Positions 1 to 15,000 are shown, counted from the first letter of the stretch. The stretch is 64,000 nucleotides of DNA from Candidatus Omnitrophota bacterium (GCA_041662125.1 JBAZTA010000002.1:140154-204153); one strand, 5' to 3'. Made by a program: numbers and translations. The notes: generated from the letters alone by a model not told the origin.

Positions 1-30
1 GAACCCGATTTTACCATAAATGGGTTTAAG

Positions 31-3000
31 ATGAGTTCAAAAGGAGAATTGTCTGCAGATGAAGTTGCACTTCAAGATTTAAAGCAGGGTATTATAAGAA
101 TAAAGAGGGAGTATCATAATTTTTTCCAATTGTTCAACACAATGTTAAGAGCTGTTTATTTCAAGAATAAACTGGGGTTTGTTTTTGATGCGCGCTTGGA
201 ATCAATTATAAATGGGCGCAATTGGCAAGAAAGGTTAATCAACCTTATTACTATTCAAATCCCTTATTTCTTTGATAGGGTATTTCATCTGAAATTTGAA
301 CCTTGGGTGACTTGGATGTTGTTTAAGAGTCATGTTAAAAAGACCGAGATAAAGCTTAAAGGTGTATTGAGTAAGGGAGAAAAGACGAGTGCCGGTTCCC
401 CTGTCAGTAATGTTCTGGGAGCTTTAGCAATTAATAGCCAAGGATATGCCCAGACATTTTCTCGATGGATACCTGGTTTAGATATTGTATCTCCTGTGGA
501 TACGGAAAATATTACGGGGTTTGTTCAGTGGTTGAACTGGCATGGTTTTAATCAGTATCATGATGGGTTTGATTTTGCGGCATATAGGAGCGCAGACGGA
601 CTTTGTGCCTTAGGTTTGCCGGCGTATACTCCGGTCAGGGCAGTTGCGAAGGGAACAATCGTCAGCGCTGGCATAGAACAGATGTTTCGTGGTGAAAAGA
701 TGGAAGAACTCATGTATTATTTCCAGATCGTCATTGAACATGGAGAAGAAGATTCCGGCCTGACCTCTACCTATTTACATGTTACGCCAAAATTAAGTAT
801 GTGCAGAGAGGTGATCAAAGGCCAGGTGATAGGATATGTTTATAATGACAACTATGAGCGAAATACTCAGGGTGTATATTTAAATCATTTACATTTCCGG
901 ATCAATAATGGTTTTCGTGATCAACGTAATCTTGTTGATCCAGCGGTAATTCTTCCGGAATTAAATCGTCTGTATTGTCAGCCGCAAGGAGCTGCTCGAT
1001 TTAAAGTAGAAGGTATTGATGGCGAGCCGGTAATCTCCTTGCCGTCTTCAAAGAAGCTCTTGGGAGTCAGGTATGAGCCTCTTACGCATAGATCTGCATC
1101 TGCAGTGTCAGCAATGCTTATGTTGTCTGAAACTTGTAATCCAGAAAGAGTGTTTATCCTTGCGGGAGCTGCCCGCGCTCCGCCGGCTGTGTCTTCATCC
1201 AGCCCCATGATCAAAGCAATGCACGGCCGTTCTAAAACAGGTATTTTTGTCAGCGCTTTTAATCCTCTTACCACCGCAATGGAGGTAATGATGGAAGAAG
1301 CTAGGAAGCAATACGGCCTGGATAAAATAATCCTTATGCTGACGGCCAATCCTCTGTACACAAAAGCCTATGGGACAACACTTGAGCAAAGAAAAGAAAT
1401 GCTTCAGCTGTTTGTCGAAAGCAATCCGCAGTATTCCTATCAGGTAATCAATAAAAGTTTATATGTTGATATCCTCGAAGCTCTTAAAAAGCAACTCCAC
1501 CATGATGATCTGTATGTGATCCTGGGAATGCGTTCGTTTGAGCGTATCCTTTCCTGGGACTATGGCAGTAACCAGGAAGCTTTACCTGCATTGTTTGAGG
1601 GGCATCATTTTCTTATTGCGAATGAGAAGGATTTGCGTTTTGAGGATTTTAAGAATAATTCCTTGTTTTGTCGTACCTATGCCGGCAACCTTCATCCATT
1701 GCATATTGATGAAGAGTATCAAAAACACAGTTCCGCTGAAGTGCGGGTATTTGTCAAAGAAAAAGCTTCTCTTGCAGGGCTTGTTCCGGATGAGATCTTC
1801 CAATATATCCAGCAGAAGGGGATCTATCAAGGTTTTGCCGAATACGCGCAAGGCAGGGTCGCTTTAAGCGGGCAGACGTTTAAGGAATACCTTTTAACTA
1901 TGATGGCATCCTGTAAAAGGATCGATGGCAAAGGTAAGGTTATGGAGCGGGTCAAAGAATTCATCAGAGAGCGTTTAAGCCAGGGTGGTAAGGTTTCTAT
2001 ATTATCCATTGGCTGCGGCCAGGCAATTGACCTGGTTGTTTTAAAAGAGGCATTCCCGGATAATCCGTATATTGAATATTTGGGTATTGATATCAATCCT
2101 GATATTGTTGATGAAGCTCGGCTGGTCGCTTCAGATATGCATTTTATCGTGCGCGATATCATTGAACAGGATATCAGCGATTTAAAGCGGCGTTTTGATG
2201 TGGTCATGGTCACCAATACGCTCCATGAAGTCTATTCATATTATGGCAGGCCTACTCGCCGTGTCGAGGAAAGGATCAATCATGAACTTGGCCTTAGCTA
2301 TGTAAGTCAAGCGTTAGGTAATATTACCCAGATGCTTAAAGCCGCCGGGCATTTGTATGTTTATGACGGCGCGGATACCGCGCGGGATGAGCAATCTGAT
2401 CAGATAGTGATCAGGTTTAAGAAGAGGAATATCAAAGATGCATTCTATACTTTTGCCCATGAATTCCTGCCGAAAGAAGTGCCGTATGAGCAAGTCAATG
2501 GCGATGAGTATATGGTCAGGATATCCAAGAAAGATTTTATGCATTTTGTCTGCGAATATCAATATGTTGGAGACCAGCGGTGGGATATAGAAAAAGAAGA
2601 GAGTTGGCAGTATTTTTCAGTCGAAGAATATGTGACGGTGCTTTCCGGCCTCGGCTTCACGGTGAGTGTGGATAATTTTAGTCCAGAGAGGCAGCTAAAG
2701 TTATGGTCAGAAGACATCGAGATTATTTCGGAAAATGTCGATTTTCCGAGAATAGTATTATTTATTGAGGCAAGCTTAGACAAAAAGCGCAAAATTCAGG
2801 CCATTGATGAACAGGACGCGGCATTTTTGGTGCCGGAAGTAAAATCCAATGACCATAAAGGCAGCCGGGGAAGAGTATTGATTGCCGGAGGTTCGATAGG
2901 GAAATATTTAGGCGCGCTGCAGTTGGCGTCAAAAGCAGCGTTGCAGAGCGGCTCTGGTATGGTATATGCGGGTGTCTTGAAATATCTCTGGAGCATGTTT

Positions 3001-6000
3001 TACGCTAAGTCAGCGGATGAGGTCATGGCCTGCGCGTTGCCGCACCGGAAAGATCATTCGTTTGACCTGCTTTCGGCAGAAGGGCTCTTGCGGGAAGCTT
3101 CTCAAAATAAAATAGACGCGCTCGCTATTGGCCCCGGGCTTATCGTGAAAGAAGAACAGTCCCATGAAATTATGTACCGGTTATTAAGAAATATCCAGGT
3201 TCCTCTGGTTTTGGATGCCGGCGCTCTTAATGCTTTGGCGGGCAAGGCTTCAATTTTACGCAATGCCTGGGGCAGGACGGTCATTACGCCGCATATTGTT
3301 GAAATGGCGCGTTTGAGCGGTATACCTGTGGCAGAAATAATGTCGCGTCGTATTGATGTTGCCAGGGAGTTTGCTTGTGCGTACGGGACAGTGGTGGTGC
3401 TCAAGGGCGATGAAAACGATCGCACGCTTGTCGCATGCCCGGATGGAAGCGTCTATAGTAATTCTACCGGAAATAAATATATGGCAAAAGCCGGGATGGG
3501 GGATGTGCTTACCGGAATTATTGTCAGTTTTATCGGACAAGGTTTGTCTTCCCGTGAAGCAGCCGTATTGGGAGTCTATGTGCACGGGTTGGCAGCAGAT
3601 ATGGTTGTAAGCATCCAGAAGAGAAAAAGAGGGCTTCTCCCGACCCATGTGATAGAACAACTCTCCTTTGCCATCGATAGCCTCTGGGAGCATCGGGAAT
3701 CTTTTGTGCACCGTGATAAGGCCGTGCAGATCACGCCTCATGAGTTCAGAAGGATCGCCGCGGTTTATGGGCTGGAAATCGATAGTGATTCGCTTGATTT
3801 TCAAGGATTGAATAATAAGGTCGCCATACTCGATACGCATAATAAAGGCAAGGTCGTCATTAAGAAATCAGTCTGGGATTTAAAAGGCACGCTGTGGGAG
3901 CAAGAGCTTTTCAATAATTTAGCCAACAGGCAATTGCCTGAAATCATATATACGGAAGAAGGCAATGCCGCATATGTGGAAGCAGATGCTATCTTTACCG
4001 TGTATCGATTTGATTCTTTGGGAAGAATTTATGCATACGAAGAATTGACCGCGGAAATGTTTAAAAGTTTGGCTGAGTTTTTGGCCTGGCTGCATGTTTC
4101 TACCATGGATGGAAGAGTGTTGCATGTGCGAGGGGAAAGGATCACCGATCCTGTGGTTAAGTTCGCAGGCGTTGATGATCGTATGCTGAAATTAGACGAA
4201 GCATACCAGCGTTTTATTGCGAAAAACCCTGCCGGGTGGAACTTCGGGGAGCGTCTTTTTGTAGAGCATCAGCCTTTCTTTAAAGAGCAGATAGCTCTTG
4301 CAATACGTCATTTGGCAGGGATATATGAGCGCCTGCCGCGCGCTGTAATTCATGGGGATTTTCGCGCGGAAAACGTGACCATATCCGGTGATCATATTAG
4401 TAAGGTTCTTGACTGGGAAATTGCCAGAGAAGAAGTAAGGGTTTACGATTTGATCCGCAGCCTTTTCTATGACCTGCATAAATCCGGCGCGGAATTCAAT
4501 ATGGATGAGCTAAAAATCTGGGTGATCCTGTATCAGAAAGCAGCAGAGAAGTTCGGATACCCTTTAACGAGGGAAGAAATAATGATTATTCCTGAAATGC
4601 TGCGGCTGAAATTTATACAGCAGTTTAGTTGGCTGGTGCGATGGAATACCATTGAACGCCTTGAACAAGATCAAAATGAAAGACGGTTTTTTGAAAATTT
4701 GATAAAGGCTGCAAAAGTATTGGATGAGCAGGATTGGCAGAAGTTTTTTGCGGATGTTTTATCCGTGAGCAGGTGGGATCCCCGGAACTGCCTGGAAGAA
4801 TATGATTTCGCCCGGAAGAAAATTAATGAGGTAAACGGTAATATTGAGCATGCGGCTGTTTTGGTTGCGCAATACCGGCAAATAAAGAAACAAGATCGTC
4901 CAATTAAAATAAGCGTTTTTGTCCCTACCGCAAACTGCCTGCATAATGCTCATCAACGCCTCATTGAAGTTGCTCAAGATATACGCTTGCCGGGAGGGGA
5001 TCGTTTTGACGAAACAATAGTATTGCTGGGGACCAAACACGCTGAAAAAGAGGTAAAAGGCATGTCGCTTGAGGATAGGATCCTTACGGTCAAGGCTGTT
5101 TTTGATGAACACAAGGCAGAAGGTACGGCTGGAATCGATAAATTATTTTTAGTCAACACTGGCTGGTATTTGGAGATGGTAGTAGCCTTAAAAGCATATT
5201 ACCGGGAAAACTATTTCCAGGAAATCGAAGTTTATTTTATTATTGGAAAAGATTCGATGCAATCAACGCTTGCAAGTGAATTTGGGAAACTGTTGGAAGA
5301 AAGCTATTTTGTGGTAATGGACAGGCAGGGTTCCCGGATCGAAGATACGCTTGAATATAAAGAATTAGTTAAAGAAAAAGATAAAATCCTTACCCTGCAA
5401 TTTATCCCGAAGCCGGAAGAAGCCGATTTATCTTCGTCTAAGATTCGTCAGATGGTTAAGGATGGATTGTCTGTCGGGCGATTGGTTCCCCTGGCTGTTA
5501 ACGCTTTTATTATTGAGACGGGCGTATATCGTGATAGGGAAATGTATGAAGAGCGCCTGGTAAGGCTGGAGAAGATGCTTGAAGGTAGAAGATTGTTAGC
5601 TTCGTCTTCACCCATTACTTTTAAAGATGTAAATATCCTGGGTGTGGAAGAAGAGAAGTTGGGAATACTGCCGCTTATGTTCTTAAAGCAGAATAAAGGA
5701 AATTATCGGTTCGGTTACCAAATTTCAAATGGGCATGGAAGATATTGGGAAGTCAGGCAGCAGAAGACAGTGCGGTATATAGGTAAAGATATAAGGAGTT
5801 TATTTAAGTCTATAGCGGTTAGGCAGGATATTGAACAGTTCGACGCGGCAGGTAATCGAGAGGAGAAGATCGTGATTGTTTTGCCTACGGTTGGCGATCC
5901 TCTATACAAGCAATGGCTTCAGTCGCAGGTGCAAAGCCTGGGGAATCACTATAGGCTTACCTTTGTAGTTAACCTTAGTTTAAAGGATACTCTTGGCCTG

Positions 6001-9000
6001 AATACCACAAGAATGGGATGGCATTTAGGGAAGATATCGTATGTGCATATTTCTCATCAGGAGATCTATAAGCTGGAATTTCAAAATAGGAATTTGGTCA
6101 GGCCGACCGAATCTTTATATGAATATTTCAAATATCCCTATAGCCGTTATTTAGGAAATAAAGTTACTCAGGAAAATATAATTGACCTGGGGATAGGCGA
6201 GATTTCGATAGTGAGTGCTTTACATAAGGCAATAGAGCCTGTTGCCGATAAGAGGGAGATAGATTTGTTGCGCGATATTATTAAAACAGGCGAGTTTGAG
6301 CAAGTTTATTATATGTTTTCTTATTTATTGGATACCGGTAAGGATGATTATCAATTTCTGGCAAAGCTATACGTATTCTTTGATTATGAGGATTTCTTAG
6401 AGCGTTTTGGAGAGAGAAAAGCGAAAATCCTTCATTCACTCTATTCTGATTATCTTGAAGCTCGCTGGTCCAAGTCCAGCAGCGCGATGCTTACCCGTCG
6501 CCAGTTTATAACGGTCTTAGCAGGGAGTGTGTTATTCGCTGACGTCAGGAATGCCTTTGCCCAAAAGATTATGAAAGGTCTGGAGTTGGGAGAAATAATG
6601 CAAAAAGAGTTTAAAGACTTGGCTTTTGCGGAAGCCGAATATTTAAATTATACCTTTGGGCTTTTTAGTGTCAGTAGAACAGTCCAGGAAAGGATCAAAG
6701 TCATTGCTCCTCTCTATGCTTCCCGGGAAAGGCTCAATTTTGTTAAGGCGGACAATGTTGCCCGGCTGGCAGCTTCTTTAGGATACTATTTTGATGGAAG
6801 AGTCCCTTCTGTTACTATAGCGCTGAACAATCCGCAAACCAAACAGTATTCTTATTTGATTGTGTTCCAGAGCGATCTGTTCGGACAAAATCAGAATCAT
6901 TTCCCGGGGGTGTTGGCGCATGAATTATTTGGGCATGTTTATGACTTTGAAGCAAATCCCCATAAATACAACAATGATATCGCCAAAGCGCTTTCTTTAA
7001 AGAAATATGTTTTGATTTCCGAAGAGTTCGCATATGCTACTGCAGAGGCTATTCTCCAGGAAATCATCGTTAAGTTGAAACAAAAACATGCACAGCTGCC
7101 AAAAGAGCAGAAAATAGCATCATTGGCCGTAATAGAGATATTTGAAGCGGATCTGGCGCAGCATAAAGAAGCTCACCGCTATTGGAAACAAAAAGCATCT
7201 TCGCCGTTTAGCTGTCAACCGCTCATAGTATCTGCCGTCTCGCCTGTAGAAGCTTTCATGCAATTGATGAGTGGAATGCATAAGAAGAAGATAATGCCTT
7301 ACTATGGCAGTGATAATGCTGGTTGGGAAGAGTTTGTGAAGGCTGTAAAGGCGCTCAGAAAAGAGAAAGATATTGATGCTACGGTCATCAGCGGGCCGGA
7401 TTTAGACTGTGATTCTTTTGAGGCGTTCTACGAGTCTATAGGTTATGTTCCTTCTGCAATGTCATTTTTATTAGGAAAGAACGGTAAGATAACTAAAACC
7501 GAAAGAGAAAAAGAATTCCTGCGTTATTGCATAGGCAATATTTATCAGCATGTATCGAAAGGGATAGGATTGATTCTACGGTATGAAACGGCATTAGAAG
7601 GCGGCAGATGCGCAATAATCAGCCTTTCTGATAATGGTGACGGGTTTATTCATGGAGATAGCCAACGGCTGGTGCCTATTAGCGAAGCAATAAGATTTGG
7701 CAAGCGTTTCAGTTTTGGGGCTGGTGGTCATGCGGGCAGAGGATTGCCACTTGCATTGATCCAAGCGGATATATCTGTGATTATTACTCCTCAAGAGGCC
7801 GCAATTATACATCCCAGAAGACGAAAACCCGGTGATACCGGTATGCGAATACTACAGAGCGTTAAGGTGGCCAAAGGCGCATGGCGAGGCACATGTATAT
7901 GCGGCGTTATCTATACGGGGGAAAGTAAAGGCTCCTGCTCGCGGGAGGTGATTTGCACATGGGAAAAATTATTATCTTTTTTAAGTGTTGCCTCCTCGCC
8001 GCTTAGTAAGCCACACAACCAAACCGGTCCTGATTGTTCGCAGATTACCCTCAAGGCTTTATTGTCCGAATTAGATTCTCTACAGATGGCATTAGGATGT
8101 GAAACCTCGTTTAATATCATTCGTATTACGTCTTGGTTGACTTTGCCGCTTGAGGAATTTGTTGCCAACGCTGCACTCCTCGTGAGTAAGATTAAAGGAT
8201 GGGAAGACAAGAAAAAGATTGCTGTCCTTTGGGCCCTACGGGAAGTTGCAGGTGAATTTCCAAGAAGCGATATCGCGCAAGCAAAGAAGTATCTGCAAGG
8301 GAAAACGGAAAAATGCTTAATTGATTTAAGCGATGAGTCCTTGGAGGCGTTGAACAGTGAACTTTCAAGCTCTGGGTGGATTTTTATAAGAAACAGAAAT
8401 CTCGGCAATACTGTAACAGAATTAATGCCTCAGGCTCAATGTATGGTAGATAAGGCAATCAGACAGTTGATAGGAGATGATGAATATGAACGGCTTTTTG
8501 GATTCTTAGGCAGATACGATGATATTGTTGCGAAGTCGCGTAGAGTAATCACCTTGAGTCAAGAGATTCAACAAATTTTAAGGAGCATATCACAACCCTG
8601 TTCTTCGCCGCAGGCGCAAGGGCAAAATGTAAGTATTGATGAGGACAGATTAGAGTCTTTTATGAGCAGCTTGATTTGTTCAGGAAAATCGTTTAGCCTC
8701 GTGACTTCGCCAAAAGTAATTGAACAAATGAATATCTGGGATTTCCCCTATCTCAACACGCTCTTAGAGCAGCATATTCAGGTAGGGCAGGTACAGCAGG
8801 ATTACCTAGAGCCGCACTACCTAAAAATAAAAAAGCAGCAGCCGGAGTTGATTATAGGGATTGGTATGGGATCGGTGATCGAATGGGCCAAGTTATTAGG
8901 CCATAAATTAGATAAAAATGTGATCGTTATCCCTAGCGCCGTCTCCACAAATGCTATGTTTACCCGCTCTGTTATCATAGGGAATGGTGCAGGTGATTCT

Positions 9001-12000
9001 TTTACGAGGACGACTATCCCGGCAAAAGCGCCGTCAAAAGTTATTATAGATACGAGGTTCGCAAGTTTAAACCGTCGGGGAAATATCAGCGGTGCCGGTA
9101 ATTTATTTGGCAATAGGATTGATTTAGTTGATTGGGATCTGGCAATAAAGTACGGGCAGGAAAGCGATACTCAACAAGAACACAGGGATAGAGTTCGCCG
9201 GCAGATGAATTTAATCGAAGATATACTTTGGCATGACGATGAGGCTATCAGCGCCAATACCAGACATGGGGTTAGCCAACTGACGGAACTTAATTGTTGG
9301 CTTTCAGGTTTGACGCAGGAAGTTAATCCCCATGGCCCTGATGGCACAAGTATAAGGATCCTTTTCGATTCAATAAAGAGGCAATCGCCCAATATAAAAC
9401 TTATTCACGGGGAAGGAGTAGCAATAGCTACGATACTCATGGCTTATTTGTATAACTTAGATTATAGAATGTTTATTACTGATGCGCAGCGTTTGGGGTT
9501 ACCTGTGGCTATCAAGGATATTGGCCTTACTCGGGAATCTTTGGTTCTTAGTTTGCTAACGGCTAAGCCTGACAAGCGGGGGTTCTCGTGGTTTAACAAT
9601 AATTCTATACAGGAAGAACAAGCAAGGCGGGTCATTGATGCGGTATTCGGCGCAAATTTAACATCAGGGAAAGTAGGTAAGATACGACCGCATTATTCTT
9701 GGAGAGGCAGGGAAGAGGATATCCCTGCGTTAAGTGGAGGGCCTCATCAGCGCGCCGAAATAATTGCTGGTTACCTTAGTGAACAAGGTATTTATTCTGA
9801 CCCTAAAGCGGAGTTACCGTCAAGGCAAGAATTAATGAAAATCATCAATACTGCAAGCTTAGCAATGAATTGTAATAGCGAAAAAGGCATGTTAGGGCGG
9901 AATATAAATGAGATTACGGCTGAATGTTTATTCAGGGAGGGGCATGTTATTTTTATTCCTAAATTAGATGAGTTTGCTTGCATTATGAGCGATGTTCAAG
10001 GGGACCTCCTTTCTCTTAATAGCCTGTTAGAGCAAGCAGGGTTTGTTCATAACATGGAAAGCGGGAAAAAGAACATAAGATTGATAGCACTGGGTGATTA
10101 TATTGACGGCGGTATTAATAATCTGGGAGTCTTAGTGAGGCTGATGGAATTAAAAATAAAATATCCCGAGCATGTTATCCTGTTAAGGGGTAATCACGAA
10201 TCGCGGAATGACCGGGAAGCTGTTAAACATTTCCCTGCTTATGAAAGGGATAGATTCAGGCGCCTTAACCAGAGCAAAATGTTAAGAGAGTTAGGGTATG
10301 TTAAATCGCAATCATATCTTATTTTTGAATTAATCGCGCGATACGGAGCGCAAGACGCAGATAAAATCTACGGCTCTCTCCTCAATTTGTTTAAACAATT
10401 GCCTACGCTTGCGGTAACCGCCACAAGGTTGGTTATGGCCCATGGCAATGCCCCTAACGAAGACAACGTGAGCCTTATCGACATTGCATATAATGATAAA
10501 ATCGCCAAGCAAATACGGGTTAATTCTTTCTGGGGCGATAAAGATTCTCCTAATGAACGTTTAACCGGCAGTTCGTATAAGATTAGAAAAAAAGGCTTTG
10601 AGAATTTTTTGCGGCGCATCGGGGGAAAGATATTCATTGGCGGGCATGTGTCTAAGGAGTCAGGCAACATTCAATGCGACGGCAAAATGATTGTGATCCA
10701 TTCGCAGAATAATCTGGCCAGCCGCGACAGCGGTTACTATTTCTTCCGTCAGGGCATTGGTAAAGGTTGTTATATCTGGCTCCCGTTAAATATTTCTTAT
10801 GATTTGTTCCCGCAGGAAGCTTTAAGGATCATGCCGTCGTCTAGTAATTCTTTAGCATTAACCTGCGCCTCACCGCTGGCTTTAAGAAATAACGAAAATG
10901 AAATCACCTGTTTTTCTATCTACGAAACTATTATGCCTAGTTTTACTCTTAATTTGGATCAATTTAAACATAATCTAAAGAGGGCATCTTTAGGAAAATT
11001 TATTTTTGTAAAACAGCTTAGCCATAACACCTGGCTAATGCGTGGCATTGACAATAAAAAGCGGTTGACCATAAAGATAATTACTCCGAGTATGACAAAA
11101 AAGGCTGGCTGCTTAAGGAATATTAAAGATACTAAGAGAATTATAAATATTATAGACAAATGGGATCCTCCCCATAAAATGCTTGCTCAAGGATTTTACA
11201 TAACAGATCGCGAAGGGAGTTTAGCGGTAGTTTCTCGTTATGTCATAGGCGTTGATCTGCAAGAATTCTTGACAGAAGGTCGTAGAAAATTTAATAATCC
11301 GGAATTATATGTTAAGTGGAGTGTGCAAGTTGCAAAAAAAATATTGCCGCAGGTGCGTGATTCGGTTAGTTATTTATATAGGGAGATACCTGGCCTGAAA
11401 GTATTTGATGCTGCGCCGTCAAATCTTATTGTTTCTAGTCAAGGTGTTACTTGGCTGTTAGACGTATTTATGCTTAATACAAGGAATAACGACGAAACCA
11501 CTGCTGTAATTGAAGTTAATCATATGATTGATTTGATAGCCAGAATTATAGCAAAAGAATTTGAACCATTTAAAATTGAAAAGATGATAGAAGCATATTT
11601 GATTTATGGCTATCCGTATCTAGACGATATTTGTGATTTAATTAAAAAGCAATGTGCCTCTCCGCTTGCGCAGAATGTCTTGAATGTATGGTCGCAATTG
11701 AAGCGTTTCCTGATACCTGAGAACAAAATAAGCAGATATCAGCCACTCGAAATTAAGCTCGATGGAATAGTAGGGCAAAATATTGATAATCCTTTGGTGT
11801 ATCATCAAAGGCTGGAATTTTTGCGGGCGGAGAGGATAAATTTATTAAGAAATCTAATATGCTACGAGTTAATAGTTGAACTTGGCCATGGAGGGAATCC
11901 AAACCTTTATGAAGATATCCGCAGAGTAGGTTTCCAGGGTTCTTATTCCGCGTTAGATTACTTTCCCTTTAATCAAAGGTGTCCTCTTAAAGGATTCCCC

Positions 12001-15000
12001 CATGTAGAAATTGACGTAAGAAACGCAGGCGCCGTAAACGAAATAATTGGTAAGTTACCAGCAGCAATAGTTTCAAATAATTTCTTGAGGCATTTAGGTG
12101 CGCACTATGCGCAAGGAATATGCTCACGAGATAATGCTTATATGGTGGCAGAGCTTTTACACAGTTACAACGCAGATCTACACATGCATGTAGGAGGGAT
12201 CCCTTCGGATGAAGCGGAGAGAAATAGCCGTTTTGCTGTACAAGACCAGATGGAATATATAAATTACATGAATCAAATACCGGAAGCATTAATAAAAAAA
12301 GGGTGGAGAGTTATCTTCCTGGAACATCATGGATATCGCGACTGGGTGTTTATCCGAGACGGCAGCTATATCAGTAGTGTCATGGCTGAATGGTTTAAGA
12401 ATATAATAAGTAGTGAGGATAAAATCAAGATAAGTCCCAATGCCTGTGGCGGCACTGCAGCCTCGCCGCTGGCAGAAAGGCTGCGTCACCATGCATTTGT
12501 CAGGCAGTTAGGGGGGGAAGCCATTACTTTTCTTGTTTCTTTATTGAAAAGGCCATCCAGCGAATTCGTAGCAGACGACCTGTTATCTGCCTTTAAAACT
12601 TTTAATAGTAATAAAAAAATAAAAATAATTAAATTAAGCGGAGAACCTTCCGAGTTAGCTGGAAAGCTTGAAGAATATTTAAATGGCAGTAGCGATACAT
12701 TGGTTCTCGTCGAACTTAAATTGGAATTCTTATATCATATTGAATATGCAGTGATAATTGATGAGGCGCGTTACATAAAATCACAATTAAACAAAATTAC
12801 GAAAGGGAGTGTGAGTAATTATGATTTTGAATTTGTCTTTTCAGCGGCGGTTTTCGAAAGATATGTTAATTTTGACTATATTTCTTTAGGCCGCACCCCG
12901 GAGGTTGTTGCGCGATTACGGGAAAAACATTTGATGTCAAAGACGTTTAAGAAAATTGTGGTTTTCCTTGAAAACAGGCACTTGAATAACAAGGTCAGGT
13001 TTTCTATAGCCAAAGGAAACTCTTTAATGGAGCACTGGGCAAAGAAATACTTCAGCGCAGAATGCATAGTGCCTAGTGAAAATCTTCAATACTGGGAAGG
13101 AATTATCGGAGCCCGCGCCTTATCCTCATCGCCGCTGATTTTTAGTCGAAACTCTTCATCTTCAATAGGGTTAAATAGGGGCAGCCCCAGGATTATACAG
13201 AAAAGAATTATGCCGAATATATTATCTTATAGGGCTGTATTTACGCTTCTGACTCCTTGTATTTGGACATTGGCTGGGTTAGCTTTGCTGCCTTATTCTT
13301 TTGCCAGGCAATTAGTTCTCATTCCTGTGGCTGTAGTCATTGTTAGTTATAGCGCAACTGCTTCTTTATTCTGGCTTATCAGAATATTCCGCTATCGAAA
13401 TTTGTCCTGGAAGGCAAAAGAAAGCTTTGCCAGGGTATTTATGCATCTGCGTATTTTTAACATATTCTTAGGCGCCGCTTTATTATTGCTTATAGGTTTA
13501 AATATTGCTGATGCCAAGCTTCCCAAATGCCTGCATTTAACCGGTACTGTGCAGTGGGGTTTTTCATTGTGGGCTGTTGTTGATATAGTACAGCATTTTA
13601 TTTATAAAATGGTCGGCGGAGTAAGAGGTTTACGCGATGAGATGCTTTGGAATATTGTATTATCAGTTTTAGGTAAACCTTATGATTTCAGCCGTCCAAA
13701 GGGAGGGACTGTTGGAAGAGAGTTGTCAAAATTAATCGAACGGATAAATAAACGTGAAATTTGTGCTTCTTCGCCGCTGGACGGCCAAGCAATTTTATTA
13801 AAAACCTGGCAGCAGGTAGCCAATGTTGGTGATTTAGACCAGATAAGGGCAATGGATATATTTGGATTTGCCCGCGCGTTAGGCGCTAAGGAAATGCAAC
13901 CGAAAAGATTTGATTCACTCCGTAGCCTGTGTGGACTATCCGTGACCCCGGCTTTGGTATGCATTTCAATTGAGGCTTGGCATCGTATCAGGGGAGATAG
14001 GATTGCCGAAGGGTTGAAAGAAAAACATTATGACATCCTTATTAGAAATCTATCACGCATACCGCAGATAGATGGCCCAGGACTGTATTATCGTAAAAAG
14101 GGAGTTCAAAACTATCCCAAGAGCGCTTTTGTGCATGAACTCCTGGAATTCAACGTTATAAATTCAGGATTAATAAACAGTAACTTTTATAATTTCTTAG
14201 GAAACTCCCATCAGATAGTGTTAGAAGGAGAATTGCGATTTGCCAGGCTTATCGGCATCCATGAATTCAGCCTAAGCCTTGAAAACATGCAGAAAAGGAT
14301 AGATACGTTAAAGGACGTTATATCTCAGTATTCTATTATTGAAGCAAAAAGAGAAATACTACGCATTAGCCTGGAGATTAAAAGTTTAATAAACAGTTCA
14401 TATACAGATGATTTTTTGAAGTCTTCTTTAGAGTTATGGCATCAAGCAAGGAAGACGGCCTCTTCCCCGCTGGCGTATGGAGTAGGGTTACGCAGCCTTT
14501 TCTTAGGGAAAAAGCTCCCTCTGCGGCATGAGCGCTTTGCCTATTGCCAGATAAAAGAAATTTACCGGAATTTATATCCGGAATTATCCGCTCAAGCTGT
14601 AGAAAGATTTCTTTCTCGCATCAGTTTGGGTGAATTTTCAATGGTTCATTTCTTTGGAAGGATACCGCTGGTGGGAATTATGTTTTATGTCTTTTCGCGC
14701 GTTGTGGTATGTTTGGTAGCTGCATTGTTTGCCGCGGGGGTTTTTTCTGTGGTGCAAACGTGCGGGATCGGGCAAGCCCTGTCGCATCTGGATATCGATC
14801 TTTTGTCATTTAAGGAGAAATTCATTTTCGGGATTATTGCCTCAACCGCGCTCTTAAAACCCTTAACCAGTGATGTCCGCGAATTCGCCAAGACCCTCCG
14901 TAAGGCCAAAGGCATATGCATTATCGACCCTGTTGGAACAGCGACTATTTTATTCAGGCCTCAGCGTAAAGCCAAACTGTCATTTGATCTTTCACCAGTT

